Source: Roseibacillus sp.
GTDB lineage: Bacteria > Verrucomicrobiota > Verrucomicrobiia > Verrucomicrobiales > Akkermansiaceae
Reading direction: 5' to 3'
DNA: 64,000 nucleotides
NCBI GenBank assembly: GCA_051251855.1
Contig: JBPOGI010000001.1
Location: 576,001-640,000, forward strand
The position numbers were made by a program, and so were the translations under genes. Below, in pieces: positions 26,980 to 37,012 of this stretch (position 1 is the stretch's first letter; the number at the start of each line of letters is the position of its first letter). The notes below the pieces were generated by a model. That model was not told the DNA's origin. It saw only the letters and a program-made list of their open reading frames with translations, and made no database searches.

Positions 26980-28146
26980 ATGGCTGAGCGCGACTACTAC
27001 GAGGTTTTAGGAGTTTCGAAAGGAGCTTCGGCTGCTGAAATTAAGAAGTCCTATCGCAAGATGGCGATGAAGTATCATCCGGACCAAAATCCAGATGATC
27101 CCAAGGCTGAGGAAAAATTTAAGGAACTGGGTGAGGCCTATCAAGTTCTCAGTGACGAGGATAAGAAGGCGGCCTACGACCGTTATGGGCATTCTGCTTT
27201 CAAGCAGGGTGGCATGGGCGGAGGAGGCGGTGGCTTCGGAGGAGGTGGCGGCTTTGGCGACCCGATGGATATCTTTTCACAAGTCTTTGGTGGAGCCTTT
27301 GGCGGCGGCGGAGGTGGTTTTGAGGACCTCTTTGGCGGAGGTGGGGGACGACGTCGTGATCCTTCCGGAAAGCAGCGAGGAAGCGACTTGCGCTATGATT
27401 TGGAGATTAGCTTGGAAGAAGCGGCGAGTGGCGCAGAGAAGGAACTCGAAATCGAGCGTTCGATGCCTTGTAGCACTTGTAAATCCTCTGGCTCCAAAGG
27501 TGGAGGAAGTTCGGCCTGCACAAGTTGCGGTGGCCGTGGAGTGGTGACACGTCAAGCGGGTATCTTTGTGCAACAAACGACGTGTCCCGAGTGTCGGGGG
27601 GCGGGTCAAACGATTTCGGATCCTTGTAATGATTGTCACGGAGATGGTCGCATCGAGAAATCAGATCGGATTAAGATTAAGATTCCACCAGGGGTTGACG
27701 ATGGCATTCGATTGCGGTCCTCCGGGAATGGTGATGCGGGAATGCGTGGAGGTGCTTCAGGCGACCTTTATGTCTTCTTGCATGTTCGGGCTCACAATGT
27801 TTTCCAACGCGAAGACGATGACCTTTTTTGTGAAGTGCCAGTTCCGTTCTCAGTAGCGGCTTTGGGAGGAGAGATTGATGTGCCAACCTTAGAGGGCAAG
27901 GCGTCGATTAAGGTTCCTACCGGAACGCAAGGAGGCACCGTCTTCCGTCTGCGCGGTCGCGGAATGCCGGAAGTGGGTGGTGGTCGTAAAGGTGATCTCC
28001 ACATTCAGGCCAGTGTGGAAGTTCCAACGAACTTGGATTCGAGCCAGAAGGAAAAGTTGCGTGAATTCGCGGAGTCCATTGGTCAGAAAAATTCTCCCAT
28101 GCAAGAAGGCTTCCTCGAGCGAACAAAGAAGTTCTTTGGTAAGTAG
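26980..28146 (+). CDS. dnaJ: Chaperone DnaJ
   Basis: J domain with HPD, G/F-rich region, four CxxCxxxG zinc motifs. Confidence 0.97.
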   Translation: MAERDYYEVLGVSKGASAAEIKKSYRKMAMKYHPDQNPDDPKAEEKFKELGEAYQVLSDEDKKAAYDRYGHSAFKQGGMGGGGGGFGGGGGFGDPMDIFSQVFGGAFGGGGGGFEDLFGGGGGRRRDPSGKQRGSDLRYDLEISLEEAASGAEKELEIERSMPCSTCKSSGSKGGGSSACTSCGGRGVVTRQAGIFVQQTTCPECRGAGQTISDPCNDCHGDGRIEKSDRIKIKIPPGVDDGIRLRSSGNGDAGMRGGASGDLYVFLHVRAHNVFQREDDDLFCEVPVPFSVAALGGEIDVPTLEGKASIKVPTGTQGGTVFRLRGRGMPEVGGGRKGDLHIQASVEVPTNLDSSQKEKLREFAESIGQKNSPMQEGFLERTKKFFGK

Positions 28147-28157
28147 TTTCTTGGGCC

Positions 28158-28883
28158 ATGGACCGGTTCTTTCTTTTTCCTACAGACTGGAGCCCCGAGA
28201 GGCTCTCGTTAGCGGGTGAGGAAGGTCATCACGCTGTGCGGGTGATGCGCAAGAAGGTGGGAGACTGCATCGAAGTATTCGATGGCGCTGGGCGTTGGGC
28301 GCGTGGAGAGGTCACCACGGTGGAGCGAGCTGGGTTGACGATGGATATCAGAGAAGAAGGGACGTCGCCTGAGGTGGCCACCCAAGTCTCTCTAGCGGTG
28401 TCGGTTCCTAAAGGGAAGACGATGGACCTGGTGGTGCAAAAGGCGGTTGAGTTAGGAGTGAATAGGATTCAGCCCTTGGTGACGACCAATAGCGTGGTGA
28501 AGATTGGAGAGAAAGACGCCGCAGAGAAATCGCAGAAGTGGCAGCGAGTTGCCTTGGAGGCCTGTAAACAGTGTGGGCAGAATTTTTTGCCCGTGGTAGA
28601 GCCGGTCAAGACTCTCACCCACTATCTAGCTGAAGAGAGACAAGGAGAGGCGATTATAGCCTCTTTGGCTCCAGGTGCAGTTCCCGTAAGGGAGACTCTG
28701 GAGGGACTGCCCGATGATTGTGGGCAAGTGTCCTTTTTGGTGGGGCCCGAGGGGGATTTTTCTCTCAGCGAAGTTGGAGATGCTCTTGCTGCTGGCTTTC
28801 GACCGGTAAGTTTAGGTGAGATTGTTCTAAGGGTTGAAACTGCCTGTCTGTTCTTAGCTTCGTCGGCTCGTTATCGATTTTAG
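28158..28883 (+). CDS. rsmE: 16S rRNA m3U1498 methyltransferase
   Basis: HAVRVMR, QKAVELGV, EACKQC, VGPEGDFS, LGEIVLRVETA. Confidence 0.93.
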   Translation: MDRFFLFPTDWSPERLSLAGEEGHHAVRVMRKKVGDCIEVFDGAGRWARGEVTTVERAGLTMDIREEGTSPEVATQVSLAVSVPKGKTMDLVVQKAVELGVNRIQPLVTTNSVVKIGEKDAAEKSQKWQRVALEACKQCGQNFLPVVEPVKTLTHYLAEERQGEAIIASLAPGAVPVRETLEGLPDDCGQVSFLVGPEGDFSLSEVGDALAAGFRPVSLGEIVLRVETACLFLASSARYRF

Positions 28884-28907
28884 CTTGGAGCAAGCTCGTT
28901 ACTGATC

Positions 28908-29576
28908 CTAGAGAAGATCCGGGCGATTTTCGCGGGTGCGCTGGAGGGCTTGTTCTTTCTTCCAGGCTCCGATTTTGGCATGGTGTCCGGAGAGGAGTAC
29001 CTCTGGGACTTGGAGTCCGCGAAATTCGTTGGGCTTGGTGTAGGCGGGGGCCTCAAGAAGATTAGGGTCGGAGAAGGACTCCTCTTCGGGGGAGCGTTCG
29101 TCGCCGAGGGCTCCAGGGAGAAGGCGGATGATGGCGTCACAAAGGACTGCGGCAGCGATGGCGCCATTGGTGAGCACGTAGTCGCCGATGGAGAGTTCGA
29201 GGTCGACAAGTTCGGTGATGACGCGGTGGTCAACGCCCTCGTAGTGTCCGCAGATAAGGATAAGATGTTGCTCGGATGAGAGTTCGCGGACAGTTGCTTG
29301 TTTGAGAACTTGGCCTTGGGGGGTAAGGAGAACGACCTTTGAATTGGCGGAGCGCAGTTCTTCGATGGCCGCAAAGAGGGGCTCGGGTTTCAGGAGCATG
29401 CCTTGGCCGCCACCGCAGAGATATTCGTCAGTTTTGCGATGCTTGCCGGTGGCCCAATCGCGGAGTTGGTGCGCGTGGACTTCAGCAATATTGTGTTGGC
29501 GGGCGCGCTTGATGATGCTCTCAGAGAGAGGAGCAAGGGCAACCTCAGGAAAGAGGGTAATAATGTCGACGCGCAT
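28908..29576 (-). CDS. trmD: tRNA (guanine37-N1)-methyltransferase
   Basis: IITLFPE, GGGQGMLLKPEP, CGHYEGVDHR, SIGDYVLTNG, VPEVLLSGHH. Confidence 0.95.
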   Translation of the reverse strand: MRVDIITLFPEVALAPLSESIIKRARQHNIAEVHAHQLRDWATGKHRKTDEYLCGGGQGMLLKPEPLFAAIEELRSANSKVVLLTPQGQVLKQATVRELSSEQHLILICGHYEGVDHRVITELVDLELSIGDYVLTNGAIAAAVLCDAIIRLLPGALGDERSPEEESFSDPNLLEAPAYTKPNEFRGLQVPEVLLSGHHAKIGAWKKEQALQRTRENRPDLL

Positions 29577-29626
29577 ACGGGGCCCAAGTCTCAACACGGG
29601 TTGACTTCATGAGCAATAGCGGACTT

Positions 29627-30103
29627 TTACCACTGCTTATAAATAGCGGGCTGCGGGTTGTAGGTGTAGTCCGTCAGGCTTCCACCACCACCTGTGCAGA
29701 TGTAGAGTTCGCCGTACGCTGGGATGATGTCGCCACTACCAGCTACGAAGTCAAAGTTCTGGCCTGATACGGGGTGTTCAGGCAACTCTCCGTCTTCTTT
29801 AGGAAGTCCTGTGCCTCGGTCGATTCCGTTGGGAACATATTTCCCTTGGCCAAAGATAAAGTCGGGTAGGTCTGTGAGTGTAGACCCTTCAATTCCTTCG
29901 ATTTGACAATGAGTGCGCATTCCCATCTGAGCGCTGCGAATCTCTAAAATCGCAATTGTGCGGTCGCTTCCTCGTTTCCATGCGCTGACGCCAACGAAGG
30001 TCACGCCAATAAGACTGAAAATCACAAGAATGACGACCGTCAGCTCGATAAGCGTCATGCCGGACTTGGCAGTGAAGGTTCTCTTTGAGGGGGAAGATTT
30101 CAT
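29627..30103 (-). CDS. Prepilin-type (type IV pilin / T2SS pseudopilin) protein
   Basis: G|MTLIELTVVILVI class III signal with E5. Confidence 0.85.
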   Translation of the reverse strand: MKSSPSKRTFTAKSGMTLIELTVVILVIFSLIGVTFVGVSAWKRGSDRTIAILEIRSAQMGMRTHCQIEGIEGSTLTDLPDFIFGQGKYVPNGIDRGTGLPKEDGELPEHPVSGQNFDFVAGSGDIIPAYGELYICTGGGGSLTDYTYNPQPAIYKQW

Positions 30104-30313
30104 AGTTAAGATGCTTTAAATGTCAGCAACGAGAGTCTTTTAGCATACATAGACCGTTTTTTTTATAAAAATCTTGGGGAAATACTCGTTTATTTCGATT
30201 CTTCTCCTCGAGAGATTAATCCGTAGGCTTCCTGTTTCCTGACTCATTGAGAGTGTGATATCGCTATCAAATTGATAATCAGTTACGGAGAGACGAGATT
30301 TGATAGCTCTTTT

Positions 30314-32287
30314 TCACCGAGAGTGGAGATAGCTCCAAATTGCTTCGAACTGTTGAGATCTGTCGTTACCGAAGTCAAGCAGGGGTGTTTTGCCCTCCTC
30401 GTCGGCGTAGCGCGGCATTTTGGTTGCTGAATTGATTCGAGTGGGATTGTGCATCCAGCGGTAGAAAAAGGTCTCTCGAAGGCGGTGTTTGGTGAGATCG
30501 AAATTGATGCCGACCACTTCGAAGGCGGCAGTAGGTGCGGCTTCGCCGACACCGTGACATGTCGTACAGCCGAATCCCGCTTCGGAGCCAATGAGCTTTT
30601 CCCCTATTGTGATGCTCTCTAGGTCGGTTATTTTTTCCACCGGTTGGGATGGGCTGAGACCGTGAAGAGCGGCGATTCCAGCCGCGAAGGTGTCGGGAGA
30701 ATGATTGGCGAATCCAGGCATGCGGGCATCGAGCCAAGGGCGCGGTCGAGGTTGGGCTTCTCCTTTAAGGATAGACGAGAGGTAGCTGGTGTGGAGCATT
30801 TCTCCGGTGTGGGTGAGGCTGGGGAGACTTTGGTCGACTTTTTCTTCGATCTTGAGGTGGGCAGCAAGGAAGGCTGATTGTGAGTGCTGCGAGCCAAGCA
30901 AAGCGGGCATGTCATCTTGGCTGTGGCAGGCGGTGCAGCGAAGAGATCGCAGTTGGCGTTCTGCTAGGGAGACTGGGGTGTCTTTTTTGAGAGATTCGAG
31001 ATGCTGGCTGCGCAGGGATTCCAGAGCTTGGCCTGCTTCGGGTGGCAGGTTGAGGTGGCTGGTTTCGGATTCGTAACAGGGGGCCGACTCCCAGGGCGTT
31101 TTGACAATGGATTCAAAGGGGGGCATGGCTGAGGGGTCAAAGGGCAGGCCGGCATGGCACGCTCCGCACTGCATTTTAGTGGAAAGGGCTGGACCGTTGG
31201 CGGCATTTCCAGTGGGGAAAGTGATGGTCTTGGTCTCCCCTTTGGAAGTGGCGTCGAGAAGGTAGCTGGTGAGATTGGCTGCTTCCTCTTCGCTGAGACG
31301 AAAATCGGGCATGCGGGTGTGAGGCGAAAGTTTCGAGGGCTCGAGGAGAAAGTCCCTGAGAGCGCTGGGCTTGAATTTGGCAGAGAGATGGCTGAGGGGA
31401 ACTCTGTCGTGAGAAGGGGTGGTCTCGTCGGGGAGTTCGTGGCAGGTGACGCAGGCAAGTTTGTGGAAGGTGGCACCGCCTTCTTGGATCGAACCCGCAA
31501 TAGGGGGCGACTTGGCACCGGTCTTCATGGTCATCAGGTAGGCGGCGAGATCGGCAGCTTGTTGGCGGCCCTCTTCGTTGTCAGCAACGAGGCGGGGCAT
31601 GTTGGTGTCGGGGCGAATGGAGGCAGGGTTGGCGATCCAATGGGCGAGCCAAGGTTCGTTGAGGCGGTCGCCGGTGAGTCCAAGAATGGGCGGAATTTGA
31701 GTAAGTTCAGGCATGGCTTGGCTTCCGAATCCTTCAGTGGGGAGGTGGCACTTGCTGCAAAGGTGGCGTGCGAAGATTTCGCGGCCCTGATAGACGAGGG
31801 TGTGCTCGGCGAGGGTAGGATCGACTTCGCCGAAAGCGCTGGGAGGAATGGGTTCGCGAGGAAAGGCCCGCTCTTCCCAGAAAAGCTGAAAGCGCGCTTC
31901 TTCTTCGTCCGAGGGTGACTGATAGTGGAGGGTAAATTCGTGTTCGCCCGAGTTGAGACGGAGGCGTTCAGATTGCGCTGTCCCGAGGGTGCCAGATTCT
32001 TGGAGCACCATTTCACCGTTGATAGTGAGAGTGGCGCTGCCATTACCCTCGAATGAGAAGTAGAGGCGCTGTCGTTTTTCGAGCTGAAGAGCTCCGGTCC
32101 AAGTGACTTCGAAAGGACCAGCATTGAGCAAGGGAGTGGCGGGCTGGCCTTTGTCCACAAAGAGGGCTGGAAGGCGGCTAAGTTGGCTGTCAGTGGCTTC
32201 TCCCTGTTGGAACTCTGCGAGAACGTCGCCACTGAGAAGAGGAGCGAAAAGTAGGAGCAGGAAAAAGATTGAGAAGGGAGAGGTCAT
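30314..32287 (-). CDS. Secreted pentaheme cytochrome c with an N-terminal PA14-like domain
   Basis: CSKCH, CVTCH, CGACH, CTACH, CTTCH; PA14-like FEVTWTGALQL...GEHEFTLHY...LFWEE. Confidence 0.85.
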   Translation of the reverse strand: MTSPFSIFFLLLLFAPLLSGDVLAEFQQGEATDSQLSRLPALFVDKGQPATPLLNAGPFEVTWTGALQLEKRQRLYFSFEGNGSATLTINGEMVLQESGTLGTAQSERLRLNSGEHEFTLHYQSPSDEEEARFQLFWEERAFPREPIPPSAFGEVDPTLAEHTLVYQGREIFARHLCSKCHLPTEGFGSQAMPELTQIPPILGLTGDRLNEPWLAHWIANPASIRPDTNMPRLVADNEEGRQQAADLAAYLMTMKTGAKSPPIAGSIQEGGATFHKLACVTCHELPDETTPSHDRVPLSHLSAKFKPSALRDFLLEPSKLSPHTRMPDFRLSEEEAANLTSYLLDATSKGETKTITFPTGNAANGPALSTKMQCGACHAGLPFDPSAMPPFESIVKTPWESAPCYESETSHLNLPPEAGQALESLRSQHLESLKKDTPVSLAERQLRSLRCTACHSQDDMPALLGSQHSQSAFLAAHLKIEEKVDQSLPSLTHTGEMLHTSYLSSILKGEAQPRPRPWLDARMPGFANHSPDTFAAGIAALHGLSPSQPVEKITDLESITIGEKLIGSEAGFGCTTCHGVGEAAPTAAFEVVGINFDLTKHRLRETFFYRWMHNPTRINSATKMPRYADEEGKTPLLDFGNDRSQQFEAIWSYLHSR

Positions 32288-32480
32288 CTTAAGAAAATGG
32301 TGAAATGAGAAAGAGCGTTTAGGAAAAGTGTCATCGTGAGACTGAGATTCATGAGGGAAAACCAAGAGAGCTTGGAACTTTTTGCAAAGATTGTGGCACG
32401 GGGAAGGCTCTAAATTGGAGGTGGGAGGAATAGTTCCGTTGCTCTAACGGTGGTTCTCCTCCTATCCTTACAGCCGCATC

Positions 32481-33932
32481 ATGGATAAGACGAAGTCAGA
32501 GAACAAGGGCCAGAAAGGGCAATCGCCAAGATTGCAAGTGGTTCCTGAGGAAGGGCTCAAAGATGGGCGTTCAATTCCTAATGCTTTGGAGGCTGAGCGC
32601 TCGGTATTGTCATCGATGCTGCAAGATCCCGTGGACCGAATTGGTCAAGCGGTGGAGGCTGGCTTACGGCCCCAATACTTCTACCTGCCTTCGCACACGA
32701 TGCTCTATGAGCTTTTGTTAGAGCGCTCGGATGCGGGGTTGCCGATTGATTTGGTGATCTTACACCAAGTGCTTTCGGACAAGGGATTGTTGGATTCCAT
32801 TGGTGGTCCTTCGGCATTAGTGGACCTCTCTAATGCGGCAAGCTCAGCTGCTCACTTTGAGTACTATCTCAATATCATCCGTGATAAGTATGTCTTGCGT
32901 GCTGTTATCGAGAATGCGAATTCCTCCATCGAGGAGGCTTACGGCAACCCTCCCGAGGTGGCAGGTTTTCTTGATTCGGTGGAGACCAATATATTTTCGA
33001 TTAAAGAAGATTTAGAGGTGAAGGGGGAGCTGACGATGAAGGAGTTGATCGGCGATGTCCTCGACGTTTTTGAGCAGTTGGCTTCGGGACAAAAAGGGCT
33101 GGAGGGGATTCCGACGGGCTATCCTATGCTCGATGAGATGTCCAATGGCCTCAAGCCGGGTGAAATGATGATTATCGCGGCTCGTCCTTCGATGGGGAAG
33201 ACCTCCTTCATGATGAACATTGTGGAGCAGATTGCCATCGACCAGAAGAAGCCTTCGCTGGTGTTTTCGTGTGAGATGTCGTCCCAGCAAATTGTGCAAC
33301 GTTTGTTGTTCTCGCGGGCGCGTTTCGCGCTTTCCCAGATGAAGCCGGGCTTCAAGATTACTAAGGAGGAGCTGAAGAATATTCAAAAAGCCTCGCAGGA
33401 ATTGGCGGAGGCTCCGCTCTTTATTGATGATACGCCGTCGCTGCCGATTGGAGATTTACGGGCGAAGGCGCGTCGTCTCAAGCGGGATGAAGATATCCAG
33501 CTCATCGCGGTGGATTATCTACAGCTGATGCGCTCGAACTCGAAGCAAGCGGGTGATTCTCGTGAGCGTGAAATTGCGGAGATTTCGTCGGGCCTGAAGG
33601 CGATTGCGAAGGAGTTAGGAATTCCGGTGATTGTCTTGGCTCAGCTGAACCGGGGGCCTGAGCAACGAGGAGGAACGCCACGAATGTCTGACTTGCGTGA
33701 GTCGGGTTCCATTGAGCAAGATGCCGACATGATTGGCCTCCTCTTTCGAAAGGAATACTACAACGACCCCACCAAGGACGATGCCGAGGAGGAGAAGGAA
33801 GCGAATGCGGGATTGGCGCAGCTGATTTTGGCGAAGAATCGTAACGGTGCTACTGGGGATATTCCTCTGCACTTTACGAAGGAGTTGATGCGCTTCGAGC
33901 CGCGTGAGTTCAATGATGATGAGTTGGAGTAG
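32481..33932 (+). CDS. dnaB: Replicative DNA helicase
   Basis: AARPSMGKT, VDYLQL, LAQLNR, DLRESGSIEQDAD, KNRNG; no intein seen. Confidence 0.97.
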   Translation: MDKTKSENKGQKGQSPRLQVVPEEGLKDGRSIPNALEAERSVLSSMLQDPVDRIGQAVEAGLRPQYFYLPSHTMLYELLLERSDAGLPIDLVILHQVLSDKGLLDSIGGPSALVDLSNAASSAAHFEYYLNIIRDKYVLRAVIENANSSIEEAYGNPPEVAGFLDSVETNIFSIKEDLEVKGELTMKELIGDVLDVFEQLASGQKGLEGIPTGYPMLDEMSNGLKPGEMMIIAARPSMGKTSFMMNIVEQIAIDQKKPSLVFSCEMSSQQIVQRLLFSRARFALSQMKPGFKITKEELKNIQKASQELAEAPLFIDDTPSLPIGDLRAKARRLKRDEDIQLIAVDYLQLMRSNSKQAGDSREREIAEISSGLKAIAKELGIPVIVLAQLNRGPEQRGGTPRMSDLRESGSIEQDADMIGLLFRKEYYNDPTKDDAEEEKEANAGLAQLILAKNRNGATGDIPLHFTKELMRFEPREFNDDELE

Positions 33933-33944
33933 GGGCTAAAGACG

Positions 33945-34583
33945 ATGCGGCTACTTTTTGATTTGGACGGAACTTTGACGAACCCGCTGGTCGGGTTTGC
34001 TCGCTCGGTTCAACATGCGATGACCGCTCTTGGGCGGGTTGCTCCGCCTGAGGAGGAGCTAGGTAGGTTTATTGGTCCGCTCTTGCATGATAGCTTTCGG
34101 ATACTGTTAGGCTCGCATGATGAGGAGTTGGTTCTAGAGGCGGTGAGATTGTATCGAGAGCGTTATGGGACCGTCGGGTTGTTTGAGAATGAGGTTTACT
34201 CGGGTATCGCGGATTCTTTGCAGAAATTGTCTCAGGAAGGTCATCGTCTCAGTGTTGCGACCTCCAAGCCGACTGTTTTTGCAAAACAGATCTTGGACCA
34301 CTTTGAGCTCAGCGAATTTTTCTGCTCGGTAGATGGAAGTGAGCTGAATGGGGTGCGTGGAGATAAGACGAGTCTCCTTGCTCATGTCATCGAGCGGGAT
34401 GGGTTGATTCCCAGTGAAGTGGTGATGATTGGGGATACCAAGTTCGACATGATTGGTTCGGTGAATAATGGGGTGCGTGGAGTGGGAGTTCTTTGGGGAT
34501 TTGGTTCGCAGGAAGAACTTTTGGAGGCTGGGGCGAGTGAGTGTCTCGGGAGTCCTAGTGAGCTGACCTCGCTGCGATTTTAG
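33945..34583 (+). CDS. HAD-superfamily hydrolase (phosphoglycolate phosphatase/nucleotidase-like)
   Basis: LFDLDGTL, VATSKP, MIGDTKFD. Confidence 0.9.
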   Translation: MRLLFDLDGTLTNPLVGFARSVQHAMTALGRVAPPEEELGRFIGPLLHDSFRILLGSHDEELVLEAVRLYRERYGTVGLFENEVYSGIADSLQKLSQEGHRLSVATSKPTVFAKQILDHFELSEFFCSVDGSELNGVRGDKTSLLAHVIERDGLIPSEVVMIGDTKFDMIGSVNNGVRGVGVLWGFGSQEELLEAGASECLGSPSELTSLRF

Positions 34584-34702
34584 AGCTTGGGCACTCTGAA
34601 ACTTGAGGCCTGCGCCTCAAATTAACGGACGCGGTTGGGCCAGGCTAAAGCCTAGTGCTCCTATTTGAGACGATGCGGTTGCGGAGGTGGGTGAGTCGGA
34701 TT

Positions 34703-35440
34703 TTAAGAGGTCTTTTCTGGAGAAACCTGGAACCCGGCTTGCGAGATCGCCTGAATGAACTTGGATTTTGCATCTGTTAGGATGGGGTCTCCGTGGGCGA
34801 CGATGATGTGCTCAAAATCGAGGTCTGCAATTTGTTGAAGGGAATGAGTGAAGGCTTCGCGGTCCTTGATGCAGAGCTTCAGAAGGCGGCTCATGCCGGG
34901 GTAGACTTTGATTCCGGACAAGGCGCGCAAGAAGAAACGGGTCCACCCTTTAGTGGTGGGGGGAAGGTTGAAGATGAGGTCGGCAAGAATGAGGGTTTTT
35001 GAAGGGCTGTGGTAGAGTGCGAGTTCGTTGAGTTTGGGCGCGCCCTTGATGGGGATTACTTCCAACTCCCGGGCCCACTCGTTGGGTGCATTCTGCGGAG
35101 TGAGTGTTTGTGCATTGAGGCTTTCTGCTTCAGGAAATTTTTTTGGAACGAGATAGGGAATGTCTGGAAAGGCTGCGCGCCCTTCCTTGGCGAAGGTGTC
35201 GTGGTAGAGGGTCGCTTCAAGGAGCCAAGCAGGTTCACCGAGTTCGGAGATCGCCTGGGCGTCCTCCTCGGTAAAGTCGGCGGTAGAGTGAATGAGGAGC
35301 TTGCCGCTGGAGAGTCGGACGACGGTAATATTTCGCCCAAATTGAGCTCCCGCGATAGAGAGAGGGTGCCTTTGTAAAAAGACATTGTCTGTGAGTGGTT
35401 CGAGAGCGGACATCAGGTGTTTTGGTGAAATGGCTATCAA
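34703..35440 (-). CDS. DUF4336-like protein (metallo-beta-lactamase-like fold)
   Basis: TVVRLSSGKLLIHS, HSPSKTLILADLIFN, IIVAHG. The start may be ATG 35413. Confidence 0.75.
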   Translation of the reverse strand: MIAISPKHLMSALEPLTDNVFLQRHPLSIAGAQFGRNITVVRLSSGKLLIHSTADFTEEDAQAISELGEPAWLLEATLYHDTFAKEGRAAFPDIPYLVPKKFPEAESLNAQTLTPQNAPNEWARELEVIPIKGAPKLNELALYHSPSKTLILADLIFNLPPTTKGWTRFFLRALSGIKVYPGMSRLLKLCIKDREAFTHSLQQIADLDFEHIIVAHGDPILTDAKSKFIQAISQAGFQVSPEKTS

Positions 35441-36912
35441 GCGATGTTGCCGATTTTTCCTCGAAGGTGGGCTAGGTAGTCAGCCCCTTCGGTGGGGCGG
35501 CCGGTGGCGGACTTCATGAGATCTTGGGGGAGGAGGGTGGCGCCTTTGCCGTGGATTTCGCGCTGGAGCCAGCTGAGGAGGGGAGCGGTGTCGGCTTGGG
35601 CGAAGGCGCTGGCGATGGTGGAATCTTGCATGGCGGTGCGGAAGAGTTGGGCGGCGTTGAGGTTGCCGAGGGAATAGGTGGCGAAGTAGCCGAGGCCTCC
35701 CATGGACCAGTGGATGTCTTGTAGGCAGCCTTCAGTATCAGTGGATGGGGTGATGCCAAAGAGTTCTTTGAATTGGGAATTCCAGGCGTCGGGGATATCT
35801 TGGACCTTGAGGTCACCGTTAATGAGTTGGCGCTCGAGGGCAAAGCGGAGGAGGATGTGAAGGTCGTAAGTGGCTTCGTCGGATTCGACTCGGACGAAGG
35901 AGTATTGCGAGCGATTGATGGCGGGAAGGAAGGTGTCGAGGTCGAGGGTGCGCAGGTGGGGGAAGAGTTCTTGGGCGCTTGGAAGCCATTTTTCCCAGAA
36001 GGGGCGGGAACGGCCGACGTGGTTTTCCCAGAGGCGGGATTGGGATTCGTGGATGCCGAGTGAGACAGAGTCGCCAGAGGGGAGGTGCGCTTGGTCGGAA
36101 GGGAGGCCTTGTTCGTAGAGACCATGACCTGCTTCGTGGAGGACTCCGAAGAGGGAGGAGGCGAAGTCGTTTTCATCATAGCGGGTGGTGAGGCGGACGT
36201 CTTGTGGCCCGAGGGTAGTGCAGAAGGGATGAGTGGTGGTGTCGATGCGGCCGTTGTCGAAATCGAAGCCAATGGACTCGGCGACTTCGCGATTGAGTTG
36301 CTGCTGTTGGGCAACGGGTGCGGCTCCGAAGAGGAGGTCGGCTGGGATTTCTTGGGAGGCGGCCACGGCTTGCGCGGCGATATCAGTGAGGTCGGTCTTG
36401 AGGGAGTCAAAGAGGGAGGAGATTTCGGTGGTGGTGGCGGCGCGCTCGTAACCGGAGAGGAGAGCGGTGTAGGGTTCGTCGTCATAGCCCCAGAGGTCGG
36501 CTTTTTCGCGGGCGATATCTAACAGGGTCTCGAGGTGAGGGGCGAAGGTGGCGAAGTCGTTTTCGGTGCGCGCTTTGGCCCAGGCTGCTTTGGCGAGGGA
36601 GGAGGTTTGGGAATCTTTCTCGACGAGGGCTTGCGGGATGCGAGTGGCGCGCTCGTAGTGATGGCGTAGTTCGCGCAAGTTAGCGGCGTGTTGTGGGAGG
36701 TTTTCTGCTTCGGCTGCTTCGAGGGCCTGGCGGTAGGTGTCGCTGGTGGAGAGTTGATGCACTTTGCCCGAGAGGAGAGAGAGTTGAGCTGCGCGATGAG
36801 GGATGGCTCCCTCGGGGAGGAAAGTCTCTTGGTCCCAGCCGAGGGTGGCGGCGGCGGTGTTGTAGAGGTGTTTTTCGCGAAGGAGCTGGGAGAGGTGTTC
36901 GAAGGCGGACAT
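35437..36912 (-). CDS. Carboxypeptidase Taq, peptidase family M32
   Basis: HPFC, DVRLTTRY, HEAGH, HESQS, GCLQDIHWS. Confidence 0.95.
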   Translation of the reverse strand: MSAFEHLSQLLREKHLYNTAAATLGWDQETFLPEGAIPHRAAQLSLLSGKVHQLSTSDTYRQALEAAEAENLPQHAANLRELRHHYERATRIPQALVEKDSQTSSLAKAAWAKARTENDFATFAPHLETLLDIAREKADLWGYDDEPYTALLSGYERAATTTEISSLFDSLKTDLTDIAAQAVAASQEIPADLLFGAAPVAQQQQLNREVAESIGFDFDNGRIDTTTHPFCTTLGPQDVRLTTRYDENDFASSLFGVLHEAGHGLYEQGLPSDQAHLPSGDSVSLGIHESQSRLWENHVGRSRPFWEKWLPSAQELFPHLRTLDLDTFLPAINRSQYSFVRVESDEATYDLHILLRFALERQLINGDLKVQDIPDAWNSQFKELFGITPSTDTEGCLQDIHWSMGGLGYFATYSLGNLNAAQLFRTAMQDSTIASAFAQADTAPLLSWLQREIHGKGATLLPQDLMKSATGRPTEGADYLAHLRGKIGNIA

Positions 36913-37012
36913 GCCAGAGTTTTGGAAAGGGGGTGATTTTTTGCGAGGGGAATCTTGCAAAGGTTGCGCATTGCTCTTTCGGCTTTGCAAGCTCGGTGCT
37001 ATTCTCGCGCTC

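Noticed and set aside
27205..27350. GGN-rich repeats in dnaJ
   Set aside because: This is the normal G/F-rich linker of DnaJ.
32394..32409. TGGCAC-N-GC sigma54-like spacing upstream of dnaB
   Set aside because: It lacks TTGC at -12, and a sigma70-like TTGCTC-N18-TATCCT nearer the start explains the promoter.
35514..36485. Long S/P/T-rich alternative-frame ORFs (also at 30964, 31534, 57097, 59212, 13797)
   Set aside because: These are shadow frames inside well-supported genes, caused by C-rich codon usage; they carry no motifs.
36911..37012. Cys-rich N-terminal extension of CdaA in the ORF track
   Set aside because: It overlaps the divergent promoter region and the M32 start; the true start is probably TTG 37013.
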